Source: Phycisphaeraceae bacterium (GTDB lineage: Bacteria; Planctomycetota; Phycisphaerae; Phycisphaerales; Phycisphaeraceae). From it: a stretch of DNA of 64,000 bases. The notes below the pieces were generated by a model, which was not told the origin of the DNA, did no database searches, and saw only the letters and a program-made list of their open reading frames with translations. How positions within the stretch are numbered: position 1 is the stretch's first letter; the number at the start of each line of letters is the position of its first letter. Location of the stretch: contig OY771506.1 in NCBI GenBank assembly GCA_963674705.1, forward strand, positions 4,704,001 to 4,768,000, read 5' to 3'. Made by a program: the position numbers and the translations under genes. Positions 1 to 9,817 of this stretch are shown in pieces.

Positions 1-1
1 C

Positions 2-304
2 AACGCCCATGCCGCGTTTGTGTGCTTCATCGAGGATACGGCCATTGTCCAAATGTTGGATGGACCATGTACGGATGGTATTAGCACCGGCTTCGATCGC
101 GGCATCGAGTTCATCAAAACCGGAGATCGGATGCACTTCGAACGGCTTACCGTCACGCAGGAGCATGTATTGACCGTTGTGCTGGACCACCTTGACCGGG
201 ATGGGCCCCTCTGCTTCCGCTTGTACTGAAGGTGCGAGAGCAAGCAAAGCGACGATGCAAATCACAATCAGGTCAATTCCACGATTCAAATATTTCAAAC
301 GCAT
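2..304 (-). CDS. Secreted glycoside hydrolase, GH2-like TIM barrel (5' part; runs off the window)
   Basis: Not in the ORF track; translated by hand: MRLKYLNRGIDLIVICIVALLALAPSVQAEAEGPIPVKVVQHNGQYMLLRDGKPF...AGANTIRTW...LDEAHKRGMGV. Signal peptide; GGAGG RBS at 306-310. Confidence 0.7.
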   Translation of the reverse strand, partial: MRLKYLNRGIDLIVICIVALLALAPSVQAEAEGPIPVKVVQHNGQYMLLRDGKPFEVHPISGFDELDAAIEAGANTIRTWSIQHLDNGRILDEAHKRGMGV

Positions 305-338
305 ACCTCCAAATTCACACATCCTCTATACAGATGAT

Positions 339-1163
339 TTAATTCGAGCCTTCAACTTCACGATCTTTCGGCGACCAGAGTGTGTTGTATCGGCTGATGC
401 CTTGTGAGCGGTCAACCAACTCGTCATCGTTTGTTGTAGCGGCATGCCCATCGACATAAGCGAAGTTGATACTGCCACGTGCTTCGGTAGGTGTATCACC
501 TGAGGGACGGTGGCGTGAGTAATCCAATCTGCTTTCAGCGGCCGGACTGAACTGGATACCTAGTGAAGTACCCGGCTCTGGTCGATCGACGAAGTTTTCA
601 TAAGGTGTGAAATCACCATACGCCAACATCGGACGGGCATAAAGCAAACCGTCCGTTCGATAGATTGACCATGCCTCACCCAAAAGAAGTGTCTCGGAAG
701 ACTGGGGCACGCTTGCATCGAAGCGCTCTCCCGCGGTGGAAGGCACATAGGTTTCACGTATATCACCACTGGCGGCCCAGACATTCATGGCGTAAGACCG
801 CGCCGAATCTTCATCACTTGGGCAGGCAAGGATCGAACCGCCGAGGTTACCGGCATTCGTGTTTTCATTGGTAGGCAGATACGGCCCAAGGACTTCGATT
901 TCGTGCCACATGGGTTTATTGGTATCACCCATCGGGAACAGGTCTTTGTTGCTCGTGGCATAGCTGGCAAAAGCGACGCCCAACTGACGAATATTGCTCA
1001 GACATTGCATATTCTGCGCCGCCTTGCGTGCCGCACCAAGCGCCGGCAGCAGGATACCGACCAGCAGCGCGATGATACTGATCACGACCAACAGCTCGAT
1101 GAGCGTGAAGGCTCGTATCGCACCGGAAGTGTTTGCCGGCATGGTTGACTTTGTGCTTAACAT
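339..1163 (-). CDS. Prepilin-type N-terminal cleavage/methylation protein, DUF1559-like (H-X9-DG-CTERM type)
   Basis: [35 protein letters not shown]-terminal NFAYVDGHA. Confidence 0.9.
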   Translation of the reverse strand: MLSTKSTMPANTSGAIRAFTLIELLVVISIIALLVGILLPALGAARKAAQNMQCLSNIRQLGVAFASYATSNKDLFPMGDTNKPMWHEIEVLGPYLPTNENTNAGNLGGSILACPSDEDSARSYAMNVWAASGDIRETYVPSTAGERFDASVPQSSETLLLGEAWSIYRTDGLLYARPMLAYGDFTPYENFVDRPEPGTSLGIQFSPAAESRLDYSRHRPSGDTPTEARGSINFAYVDGHAATTNDDELVDRSQGISRYNTLWSPKDREVEGSN

Positions 1164-1237
1164 GAGAACCTATCCTCCAATAGTAGCGTGCGTGTAACAG
1201 GTTGGCTTCATGCCGGTCCCGTCTTTATGCAAATCGT

Positions 1238-2905
1238 TTACTTTCCGACCAATGCGGCGGAGACGCCTTGTTTATGACTCTTTTTCTCGACCCACTGGCT
1301 TATCCCGGTGGTTATTGGGCCATCGGACCACGTGAGTATCTGGTGGTCAGTGAGTAGTTGTTGCTTCAGGTTTTCGTATGGCAGGTCCTGTACGGCCAGG
1401 TTCTGATCGATCGACAGGCTTGCAGCAGTAGCAGCGGACTGGCCGAGGATCATGCCGACCGGCTCCATGCGGATCGAGCCGAACGCGATGTGTGATGCGG
1501 ACACACACCACGGCACGAGCAGGTTTTCACATTCACCCTTGCGAGGCACGATCGCGCGGTAGCTGACGCGATACGGTGCGTTGGGCTCAACCTCGACATT
1601 ACCTTCGTTGACCAAACGCCCATCGACCACGAGGCGACGGCAGTTGTGTGAATCCATGGTGTACGCAGCAAGCCCGATCGGGTCTTCGACCACTTGCTGG
1701 TGTCGGCAGTGATGTTCAGTCATGACAATGTCGCCGACCATGCGTCGGGCTTCACGGATGTAGAGTTGATTGGGCCAACCGCCGGTATCCATGAATTCAT
1801 CTTTCGGCAAACCCCACTTGGCGACTTCCTCGCGGATCTCAGCGGGGACACGCTCATCGTTGACCAAGAAGTAATACATCCCCTGGTTGTAGGTAACGTG
1901 GTCCTGGAAAATGCGTTCGCGCGTGTGGTAATCACCTTCTGGCCAATCGTAATTTGCGCCGATGTGGTCGGATGAGAATCCGCCGAAGTTATTGGTATCG
2001 GTTTTCTGATTGGGGATCGGCAGTGTCAGGAAAAGGGCGTCCCAGATGCCGGCGTTGATGTAACGAAGTAAGAGTTCATATCGCTGCGGGTCATAGTTAT
2101 TCGGCTTGGGGAAAGGCAGTTTGTTGTTGTCGACGTTGGTCAGACACAGGCGGAAGTTGTACGCCTGGATGGACGTATCTGCTTGTCCGTTGTGTCCGAG
2201 AGGCAAGTCCTGTACGCCAGGAAGGAGGCCGGAGGATGGATCGCCTGGCACGACGTAGGGATCGACCCATGCCTTGAAGTTATGTCCCGGGTGGCCGAAG
2301 TGAATACCGTTTAGCGTTTCGTGGTATTGGCGGTTGGCTTCGCGGCCGACGGTGTAGGTAACACCGGCCTTGGCCATCAGGTCACCTTCGTATGTCGCAT
2401 CGATGAACATGGAGGCGGCGTAAGTTGAGCCGCATTCCATTGTGATACTCTTGATGCGATTATCTTCGGTTGCGACATCGGCAAGCCGCTTTTCGTAATG
2501 CACCTCGATGTCGGCATCGTCGAGCATGCTTTTAAAGATGGCTTGGGCAACGTGCGGCTCGAAGCGCCAGGACAGTGGTTTGTTGTAATGCCTTCCGATG
2601 CGTTTGTAGAATTCCCGAGAGATACCGCCGATAGCAAGTTCGTGACCGACGTCTGTCGCACCAAGACCCGCGGTGGTCATCCCACCGAGATGACTGTTGA
2701 AAACGAGCAGGACGACGCGCTTACCCATCCGGCTTGCCTGGATGGCGGCGGCGATACCGGCGGGGGTTCCGCCGTAGACGACGATATCACATCGGACATT
2801 TCTCGGTTCTCCGGGCGTCGCAAGCGGGTAGTAATAGTGCAAGCCGGGCACCTTGGCGGCTTGCTCCGGCTGTGAACCATTACGATTTTTCGGTGAACTG
2901 ATCAT
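1238..2905 (-). CDS. FAD-dependent oxidoreductase (FAD_oxidored family)
   Basis: DIVVYGGTPAGIAAAIQA, FIDATYEGDL, YIREARRM, SASHIAFGSIRMEP; start 2905 (ATG) or 2911 (TTG). Confidence 0.85.
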   Translation of the reverse strand: MISSPKNRNGSQPEQAAKVPGLHYYYPLATPGEPRNVRCDIVVYGGTPAGIAAAIQASRMGKRVVLLVFNSHLGGMTTAGLGATDVGHELAIGGISREFYKRIGRHYNKPLSWRFEPHVAQAIFKSMLDDADIEVHYEKRLADVATEDNRIKSITMECGSTYAASMFIDATYEGDLMAKAGVTYTVGREANRQYHETLNGIHFGHPGHNFKAWVDPYVVPGDPSSGLLPGVQDLPLGHNGQADTSIQAYNFRLCLTNVDNNKLPFPKPNNYDPQRYELLLRYINAGIWDALFLTLPIPNQKTDTNNFGGFSSDHIGANYDWPEGDYHTRERIFQDHVTYNQGMYYFLVNDERVPAEIREEVAKWGLPKDEFMDTGGWPNQLYIREARRMVGDIVMTEHHCRHQQVVEDPIGLAAYTMDSHNCRRLVVDGRLVNEGNVEVEPNAPYRVSYRAIVPRKGECENLLVPWCVSASHIAFGSIRMEPVGMILGQSAATAASLSIDQNLAVQDLPYENLKQQLLTDHQILTWSDGPITTGISQWVEKKSHKQGVSAALVGK

Positions 2906-3096
2906 CGTCAAAATTCATATCCTACATGTGTCACTTGACTTATGACAGACAGGAGCAAATGTCGTCTCCTATCCGCCCACACTAATTATGCCGATCGAGG
3001 CTTGCTTCTCAATGCGCAATAGCGTATTATTTTTATAATATCACGTATTTCTATGGAGACGCTTTTCAGGTATTGCGTTCGGGACAGGAGCGGTCT

Positions 3097-4272
3097 GTGA
3101 GTGAATCTAAACTGCCAAGAGTGGCGGTCATGCTGGACCTGGCCAGCGCGTACGGCCGATCCGAGGCGATGGGTGTGGCGCAGTACGTCGCGTCGCATCA
3201 GCCTTGGCGCGTCGAGTTATCCGTAGCTACACAGTCGACACGCAGCATTCGGCAGATTGATGCCGATGGTTTGATCATGCCTGTAACGACCGAGGCGCAG
3301 CGCGATGAGGTACTGAAACTGGGTATCCCGACAGTGAGCATCGCGGGCAATCTGACGGATACAGGTTTTCCCGTGGTGACTGCTGACCATGAAAAGATCG
3401 GCAGGATGGCGGCGGAGTTTTTCCTGAAGCGCGGATTTGAGTTCATGGCGTTTTGTGGGATCAGCGATCGTTACTATTCACCTCGTCGTGGTAACGGATT
3501 CACTCAGACATTACAGAAGGCGGGTATTCGATGTTATATGCACGAGAAGAGTGCACCGACGGCGCGCCGCAACCGTACGAGTGACCAAAAGCAAAGGCTG
3601 GCGCAATGGCTGGTGAGTTTGCCTAAGCCGTGTGGATTATTTGTTTGCGATGATCTGCAAGCTGTTGAGTTGCTGGACGCGGCAAGGCAGGTGGGCGTAC
3701 GTGTGCCGGATGAAGTGGCGGTGTTGTCGGTAGATAACGATGAACTGTCGTGCAATCTTTCCGATCCGCCGTTATCGAGTATTGACCACGGCACACAACA
3801 GATCGGATATCAGGCGGGGAACCTGCTGGATCGAATGCTGCGTGGCGAATCGGTATCACTGAAACCGGTTGTTGTGCCGCCGACGACGATCGTATTGCGG
3901 CGGAGCACGGATGTGTATCCACAAAGCGACCCGCATATCAATCGTGCGTTGGCATTTATGCAAGACAACTTGACACGCAGGATACAGGTTGAAGATATCG
4001 TGGAAGCATCGGGTGTGTCTCGGCGGTTGCTGGAAAATGCGTTCCGGAAAGTCATCCATCGGTCTATTCTGGATGAGTACCATCGTTTACAGATCGAGAT
4101 GATCATGCACCTGTTACGTGACACAACAATCCCGTTGAAGCAGATAGCCATGCAGATGGGATTCAATAATGTCTACTACTTCAACGCCTTTTTTAAGCGA
4201 ACAGTGGGTATCCCGCCGGGTAAGTACAGGAAAACGGCACAGATGCCCAGCCAATCAATGTTGATGCAGTAA
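3097..4272 (+). CDS. XylR-type regulator (periplasmic-binding-like sensor + AraC HTH)
   Basis: LPKPCGLFVCDD, VPDEVAVLSVDND, PPLSSID, C-terminal AraC HTH (GF...YFNAFFKR..G.PP..YR); GTG start after CAGGAG. Confidence 0.88.
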   Translation: MSESKLPRVAVMLDLASAYGRSEAMGVAQYVASHQPWRVELSVATQSTRSIRQIDADGLIMPVTTEAQRDEVLKLGIPTVSIAGNLTDTGFPVVTADHEKIGRMAAEFFLKRGFEFMAFCGISDRYYSPRRGNGFTQTLQKAGIRCYMHEKSAPTARRNRTSDQKQRLAQWLVSLPKPCGLFVCDDLQAVELLDAARQVGVRVPDEVAVLSVDNDELSCNLSDPPLSSIDHGTQQIGYQAGNLLDRMLRGESVSLKPVVVPPTTIVLRRSTDVYPQSDPHINRALAFMQDNLTRRIQVEDIVEASGVSRRLLENAFRKVIHRSILDEYHRLQIEMIMHLLRDTTIPLKQIAMQMGFNNVYYFNAFFKRTVGIPPGKYRKTAQMPSQSMLMQ

Positions 4273-4289
4273 TGAGCGACAGCCCTCTA

Positions 4290-4405
4290 TTACCTTCTGA
4301 TTTTTAATCCCGTCACAGCGCCGAATGTAAACACCAGCAGCGATGCGGGTTCGGGTATTGCTACGATGTCGGAAGATGGCGCTGCGGTGTTCAAGTTATT
4401 GAGAT
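4290..4405 (-). pseudogene. Orphan 3' remnant of a PEP-CTERM gene
   Basis: Hand translation LNNLNTAAPSSDIVAIPEPASLLVFTFGAVTGLKIRR*; no start or upstream body. Confidence 0.75.
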
Positions 4406-4432
4406 CCCTGTAAAGCAAGCTTTTAAACTGCA

Positions 4433-5488
4433 CTACGCGGAACGCTTGGTAATCTGCTCGGGGTATCGGGCAAGGCTCACAGCCGTGTCATAACTGATAT
4501 CTCCCTGTTGATACAGCTTCAGCAATGAACGATCCATGGTGGTCATATCGTGCTTGCCGCCGGCCTGCATCTCCGAGTAGAGCCTGTATGACTCATTATC
4601 GCGTACTTGTTTGCGGACACCCGGGGTGCCGACGAGGACCTCACAAGCGATGATCCTGCCGTCACCGTTAGCACGCGGTATGAGTTGTTGAGAGATCACC
4701 CCTTGCAGCACGTTGGCAAGCATAAAGCGGACCTCGTCCTGCTGGCCCTCAGGGAAAGCCGAACTAATTCGCTGGATGACTTCTGCCGCGCCCGGGGTGT
4801 GTAGTGTGGCGATGACGAGGTGGCCCGTCTCCGCAGCCATCAATGCTGTATAAATTGTTTCGGGATCGCGCATTTCACCAATACAGATTACATCGGGGTC
4901 CTGACGCAAAACATGTTTAAGAGCGTTGTTGAAGTCAAGCACATCGGTGAGTACTTCCTGTTGGATAACGATAGATCGCTTGTACTTGTGCGTGAACTCG
5001 ACCGGGTCCTCGATAGTTACGATCTTTCTGCGGTATTCGACATTGATCAAGTCGACCATGTAGTGGAACGTGGTGGTTTTACCGGTGCCCGTCGGGCCAG
5101 TGATAAGAACCAGGCCGTTGGGCTTACGTGCCAGGTCATCGACTATTTTCGGCAAGGCTAGATCTTCCCGGCTGCGGATATGTTGTTCGCTTAACCGGAT
5201 AGACATTTCCGGGATGCCGTTGCGGAAGTACAACGCAACACGTGCGCGGTCTTCATCTTTGCCGAACCGTGTCGAGAAGCACAGCGCCAGGTCGCGGTCG
5301 AATTTGGACCGTTGCTCATCATTGAGTAGTTCGTAGGCCAGCGTACGAGCCGTTTCGGGCGTGATGCTGTCGCCCTTGGCGGTCACGATCTGCCCGTCTT
5401 TGCGGAAGATGGGTGGCACCCCAACAACGACATGCAGATCGCTGGCGTGGTGGTGTCTTGCGGTCTGCAACAAGGAAAGAAGTTTCAT
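4433..5488 (-). CDS. pilT: PilT/PilU-family type IV pilus retraction ATPase
   Basis: ASDLHV, Walker A GPTGTGKTTT, TIEDPVE, LRQDPDVICIGEMRD, AAETGHLVIATLHT; ATG 5488 overlaps the upstream TGA (ATGA). Confidence 0.92.
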   Translation of the reverse strand: MKLLSLLQTARHHHASDLHVVVGVPPIFRKDGQIVTAKGDSITPETARTLAYELLNDEQRSKFDRDLALCFSTRFGKDEDRARVALYFRNGIPEMSIRLSEQHIRSREDLALPKIVDDLARKPNGLVLITGPTGTGKTTTFHYMVDLINVEYRRKIVTIEDPVEFTHKYKRSIVIQQEVLTDVLDFNNALKHVLRQDPDVICIGEMRDPETIYTALMAAETGHLVIATLHTPGAAEVIQRISSAFPEGQQDEVRFMLANVLQGVISQQLIPRANGDGRIIACEVLVGTPGVRKQVRDNESYRLYSEMQAGGKHDMTTMDRSLLKLYQQGDISYDTAVSLARYPEQITKRSA

Positions 5489-6276
5489 CGGAGCCTCCAT
5501 AAACAAAGGGGAGACAGCAACCGTGCCAACAGATGGACACGGCCGGTCGAGTTCAACGCTTCAATCGCCAGACTAAACTCCGGCGACAGTTCCAGCGAAC
5601 GACGGTAACTTTCACGCGCGGCGCCCCACCACCCCAGGCCCTGCTGGCATCGACCCAGCATGTACCAGTTGTATGCGTGCTCCGGGCGTTTGCTTAATGC
5701 CAGGTGAGTTTGCTTCATAGCCGAGGCGAACCTGCCATAGAACTCGAGAATCTCTGAGATCAATATGTAATCAAACCAGTCGAATTCTGGCTCACACGCA
5801 GCCTTTGCGAAGCACTCTTCATAATGCGACTTCCTGCACGCAAGCAAAACCTCTCCGCGCGATTCCCAGCGCCATGCGGATTGGCCCGGAGCACCCACTG
5901 CCATATCCGAATAGGCCATCGCACTCTTGCGGTCGCCTAACCGTGCCGATGCCTGGGCTCGACAAGCAAGCAAGTCGCCGTGATATGGGAAGACCTCCAA
6001 GGCCTTGTCAGCCCATAGTAGCGCCTCCTCGTATTCAGCTAACTGCACCAGCATCTGGACCTGGCCGCACCAGGCAGCAACCCGGCCCCGGTCCTCGCCA
6101 AGGGTGCGCGTGTAATACCGTAGCGCCCGCTCGCAGTCGCCCCACGACCTTGCCTCAGTAGCGATCGCGAAGCAACGGTCTGCACCGTGTTCTTCCAGAT
6201 CAAGCATCGGCCTCGTTTCAGACTGGCTCTCCTGTGGCTTTCGTAGTTCTAAGCGTCCGAATCGTCCTTCCATCAT
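5485..6276 (-). CDS. TPR-repeat protein
   Basis: Repeated helical TPR-like units (ALRYYTRTL, WADKALEVFP, YRRSLELSPE); N-terminal RFGRLEL. Confidence 0.8.
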   Translation of the reverse strand: MMEGRFGRLELRKPQESQSETRPMLDLEEHGADRCFAIATEARSWGDCERALRYYTRTLGEDRGRVAAWCGQVQMLVQLAEYEEALLWADKALEVFPYHGDLLACRAQASARLGDRKSAMAYSDMAVGAPGQSAWRWESRGEVLLACRKSHYEECFAKAACEPEFDWFDYILISEILEFYGRFASAMKQTHLALSKRPEHAYNWYMLGRCQQGLGWWGAARESYRRSLELSPEFSLAIEALNSTGRVHLLARLLSPLCLWRLR

Positions 6277-6278
6277 TT

Positions 6279-7277
6279 TTACTCCACTGCCCCGAATCGC
6301 GAGAATGGACGCAACCGCCACAACGCAAGCCCGGATATGTCTGAAGCATTAACCTGGCAGTCACGATGCAGCATTTGTCTGATCAATTGCCCGACGTTAC
6401 CGCCGTGTGCCTCCCAATTCAGGTTCGAGGGCAGGATCAGATAATGTCCTTGATTAACTGTGAATTCAAGATCCGGAAAATGTCGGACACCGTTCAACGG
6501 CATCGCCTCGGCAGGTAGAGGCTGACCGTTAACTAAAATCCGTCCCGATACGATAGAAACCGATTCCCCCTCAAGAGCGACGATACGATCCACCCCGTAG
6601 CCATGCTCTAGCTCATAAATCACTAAATCACCACGCTCGTACCGATCGGGGCGAAGCCACCTGCCGGTATACACGATAGTATCACCGTTCTGTACGATGC
6701 CAGTATCTGCAACGTTGTTGATCTGCAACGCACCGCAAAGACCCGTGGTGGTCCACGAGAGCGCCAGGTAAATCGTCAGGTTCAGTACGATCACAAACCA
6801 GACACCCACCATCAACCGACCCCGCCACGACAAACGCGTCATACCAGGCCTGATCGCTAGCGCAATCGCCGTGGCATGCACCAAGATCGCCAAGGCCCGC
6901 CACCAGCTTCCCGCTACCGAGCCATACGTCAAGAAACTCAGCGCCATCAACACACACCAGCCTGCCAATATGGACCAGCCCAGGATTCTTTGTCCCAGTA
7001 CCAACTGGCCCAGCCCCGGGACCAATGACATCACGAGCGAACCCAGAGGTGCACCGCCTGAGATTCGTGGCAGCCTTAGCCTCTGGATTATGCCTGAAAA
7101 ATTGAAGCCGATGCGATGCGTCGACCGGATCACACCGAGGCGGGTACGACGCAGCGCGACCGGGCCCGTCGCACGGGGCGGCTCTATATCGATCTGCTTC
7201 AGGTTCAGGATCGCGTTGCAGCGCGCACAACGCTCCAGCCCCGGCATGTTCTCAAAGTCACATGAACTGCACTTCAT
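6279..7277 (-). CDS. Zn-ribbon + multi-TM + S26 signal-peptidase-like domain, catalytic residues apparently absent
   Basis: CxxC-x9-CxxC N-terminus; SLVPGLGQ TM motif; GDTIV..RGDLVIY..VDRIVALEGESVSIVSGRILVNG matches the S26 fold with KR replaced by DR and no SMxPT. Confidence 0.7.
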   Translation of the reverse strand: MKCSSCDFENMPGLERCARCNAILNLKQIDIEPPRATGPVALRRTRLGVIRSTHRIGFNFSGIIQRLRLPRISGGAPLGSLVMSLVPGLGQLVLGQRILGWSILAGWCVLMALSFLTYGSVAGSWWRALAILVHATAIALAIRPGMTRLSWRGRLMVGVWFVIVLNLTIYLALSWTTTGLCGALQINNVADTGIVQNGDTIVYTGRWLRPDRYERGDLVIYELEHGYGVDRIVALEGESVSIVSGRILVNGQPLPAEAMPLNGVRHFPDLEFTVNQGHYLILPSNLNWEAHGGNVGQLIRQMLHRDCQVNASDISGLALWRLRPFSRFGAVE

Positions 7278-7292
7278 GCTACAACCCTGTGG

Positions 7293-7520
7293 CTAATGAT
7301 CGGTTTGGTCACGGACTCGACCGTGCTGCATACCTTGGATATGCACCGACCCGTCCTGGCTGTAGTACTCGGCCGTCTTCTGACGCGATTCTTCGTGACC
7401 AACAATGTCTCTGATAAGGTCGGCTAATTCGAAACACTGCTGCCCCTGCGAACCGACAACCTCAACACGGACCTGGCCATCATTCGTGATCTCAATTTTG
7501 TATTCAGGTATCTTCGTCAA
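7293..7520 (-). CDS. DUF2997-like small protein
   Basis: IEITNDGQVRVEVVGSQGQQC...G......TAEYY pattern; lies next to DUF1257-like and AAA genes; TTG start at 7520 preferred. Confidence 0.75.
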   Translation of the reverse strand: MTKIPEYKIEITNDGQVRVEVVGSQGQQCFELADLIRDIVGHEESRQKTAEYYSQDGSVHIQGMQHGRVRDQTDH

Positions 7521-7536
7521 CTCATTAGCCCCTTGT

Positions 7537-8004
7537 TTATATGGATGAGCCACCGAAACGGATGCGCATTTGGATCGATGCATCCTCTGTCATATGCTCT
7601 TCGACGACCTCGAAACGGCGCTGCTTCAGCTCCGTAACCAGTTTGTGATAGGTGAACTGCTGGATAAGCCTGCCGGAAACCTCATCGCCGAGGGCTTTCA
7701 TCTCGGCCTTGCTCAGGTTGTCCGAGGTCACACATACCGTGCATCGGCCGCGTTCGTCACGGCCGATCCGCACGGTCGCGTCGTCGCGTTGAATTGTGAT
7801 CGATTGCCCGTGAGACACGCCTTCGGTGATGACTTCGCTGTCAGCCAACTCGGTCTCGACGGTGTTACCCGTTTTCTTTTGCTCAACTTCATGGCCGCCG
7901 GTGGCGACGCTGAAGCCCAGCGATGCGGCTACCCCGCCGACCGCGGTCGCGATCATCGGCCAGGATCCAATAACAATCGGTGTCAGAACACAGACAGCAC
8001 TCAT
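7537..8004 (-). CDS. DUF1257 (Ycf35)-like protein
   Basis: C-terminal LIQQFTYHKLVTELKQRRFEVVEEHMTEDASIQMRI; AGGAG RBS; operon position. Confidence 0.7.
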   Translation of the reverse strand: MSAVCVLTPIVIGSWPMIATAVGGVAASLGFSVATGGHEVEQKKTGNTVETELADSEVITEGVSHGQSITIQRDDATVRIGRDERGRCTVCVTSDNLSKAEMKALGDEVSGRLIQQFTYHKLVTELKQRRFEVVEEHMTEDASIQMRIRFGGSSI

Positions 8005-8027
8005 GACAAATCTCCTTGATCGGGTGC

Positions 8028-9620
8028 TCAGAACTCCAGTTTGCGCCTCGGCTCGTGTGCGGTCTTGACGTCGCGCAGCGATGCGAAACGCGCTCTTCCT
8101 TCCGCCCAGGCACGAAGCTTCGCAACGTTCTCACTCATAGTCCGCGACAATGGCACGGTCTCCTTAAGGCTTTTCAACAAAGTGTTGGTGTCAATATCGT
8201 GATCCACATAAAACGCCTCATAAAGAGCACTGATCACGGCCTGCTCCAGTTCTGCTCCGCTGAACCCGTCGCTGGCGTCGACCAGCATGTCCAAATCAAA
8301 ATCAGTTGCATCACGGCCGCGGCGATTGATGTGGATCTCCAGGATCCTTCGTCGCTCTTCCATATTGGGTAGGTCAACAAAGAAAATCTCATCGAGCCTT
8401 CCTTTGCGCAATAGTTCAGGCGGTAAGCGGCTGATGTCGTTGGCTGTAGCGATCACGAACACCGGCTTGGTCTTTTCGCTAAGCCATGTGAGGAACGTAC
8501 TCATGACACGTGAGGTCGTCCCGCCATCGCTACCGCCTGAATCTTGAGCACCGGAAAATGCCTTGTCTATCTCGTCGGCCCACAGGACGACAGGGGCAAT
8601 GCTCTCCGCCACAGCAATCGCCCGACGGATGTTCTCTTCGGACGATCCAACAAGGCTCGAAAACATCCGACCCATATCAAATCGCAGCAGCGGCATCCGC
8701 CAAAGATTACTGACCGCTTTAGCACATAAGCTTTTGCCACATCCCTGCACACCAACGAGTAAGGCGCCGCGCGGTGCCGGGAGTCCAAACTGCCTGGCAC
8801 GATCGGTGAAAGCAATCGATCGCTTCTCCAACCAGTCCTTGAGTGTCTCAAGCCCGCCGACTTCACCAAGATTTGTATCAGTATCACAATACTCCAGCAG
8901 GCCGTTCTTGCGTATGATCTGCCGCTTTTCCGAGAAAACGATAGAGATGTCGTCTGCATCCAGCTTGCCATCGTTCACGATCGTCTTGGCAAAAACATTC
9001 TCTGCTTCTTGCAAGGTGAGGCCCATCGCTGCCTGAACGAGTTTCTCACGGCTGCTGTCGTCGATGTTCAACTCGAGTTCGGAGTTCTCCGATACGTCCC
9101 GTGCGATCCGTTCGAGAAGGATCGTAAAATCATCCGGTCCGGGCAGCGGGTAATCCAGAACGGTGATGTCTTTCTCCAGGTCCGGCGCAATATCAATAAC
9201 GGGAGCAGTAATAATCAGCGTCTTGTAGCTGTCCGTCAGTGCATTGGACACTTCACGCAACTTACGCACGACCGCAGCGTTATTGGCTGCCCCCGATGTG
9301 AATCGATGCAGGTCCTTGAAAAGGTAGATGGCAGGCTGCTTATTCTCAATGACGGTGTCTAGCGCCTCCACCGGGTCCGCAACTTGCCCCTTGCGCGCAG
9401 ACCTCTTTGCACCTCGCTCTTGCAAGCCGGAGGTCAGTGTCCATGTGAACAGGTCTTTGCTCCGCGATTGGGCGATGATGGAAACGTGATCTTCAACACG
9501 CTGCTCCTCCCACGTCACCACGTAGATGATCGGGTATCGGGCCCGGATCAATGTTTCAAGTTCGTCGGGGGGAGGTTGTTTGGTTGCCGCCACACTTACT
9601 TGTTCAGTATGAGGTTTCAT
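8028..9620 (-). CDS. AAA+ ATPase, Ycf46-like
   Basis: LIRARYPIIYVVTWEEQR, FKDLH, GVQGCGKS, WADEIDK, LPPELLRKGRLDEIFFVDLP, PLSRTMSE. Confidence 0.92.
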   Translation of the reverse strand: MKPHTEQVSVAATKQPPPDELETLIRARYPIIYVVTWEEQRVEDHVSIIAQSRSKDLFTWTLTSGLQERGAKRSARKGQVADPVEALDTVIENKQPAIYLFKDLHRFTSGAANNAAVVRKLREVSNALTDSYKTLIITAPVIDIAPDLEKDITVLDYPLPGPDDFTILLERIARDVSENSELELNIDDSSREKLVQAAMGLTLQEAENVFAKTIVNDGKLDADDISIVFSEKRQIIRKNGLLEYCDTDTNLGEVGGLETLKDWLEKRSIAFTDRARQFGLPAPRGALLVGVQGCGKSLCAKAVSNLWRMPLLRFDMGRMFSSLVGSSEENIRRAIAVAESIAPVVLWADEIDKAFSGAQDSGGSDGGTTSRVMSTFLTWLSEKTKPVFVIATANDISRLPPELLRKGRLDEIFFVDLPNMEERRRILEIHINRRGRDATDFDLDMLVDASDGFSGAELEQAVISALYEAFYVDHDIDTNTLLKSLKETVPLSRTMSENVAKLRAWAEGRARFASLRDVKTAHEPRRKLEF

Positions 9621-9817
9621 TGTGTTTTCTCCGGCAAGTGATCCGCAGCTTGCAACCGTTGGCGTAGAACTTCATCGTTGGGACAGAGCTGGCAAATGAT
9701 CGGCAGCAGGTCAGGCGTCAGATCATGCAGAAATACTCGACCATCTGAAGCCAGCCTGATCGTGACCGACTGCCCGTCGTCCACATTATTCCGATCGCGA
9801 CTATTCACTGTACGCAT
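9617..9817 (-). CDS. Small hypothetical protein
   Basis: Overlaps the radical SAM stop and the AAA start (ATGA); GGAG before ATG 9817; VTIRLASDGRVFLHDL. Confidence 0.6.
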   Translation of the reverse strand: MRTVNSRDRNNVDDGQSVTIRLASDGRVFLHDLTPDLLPIICQLCPNDEVLRQRLQAADHLPEKTQ

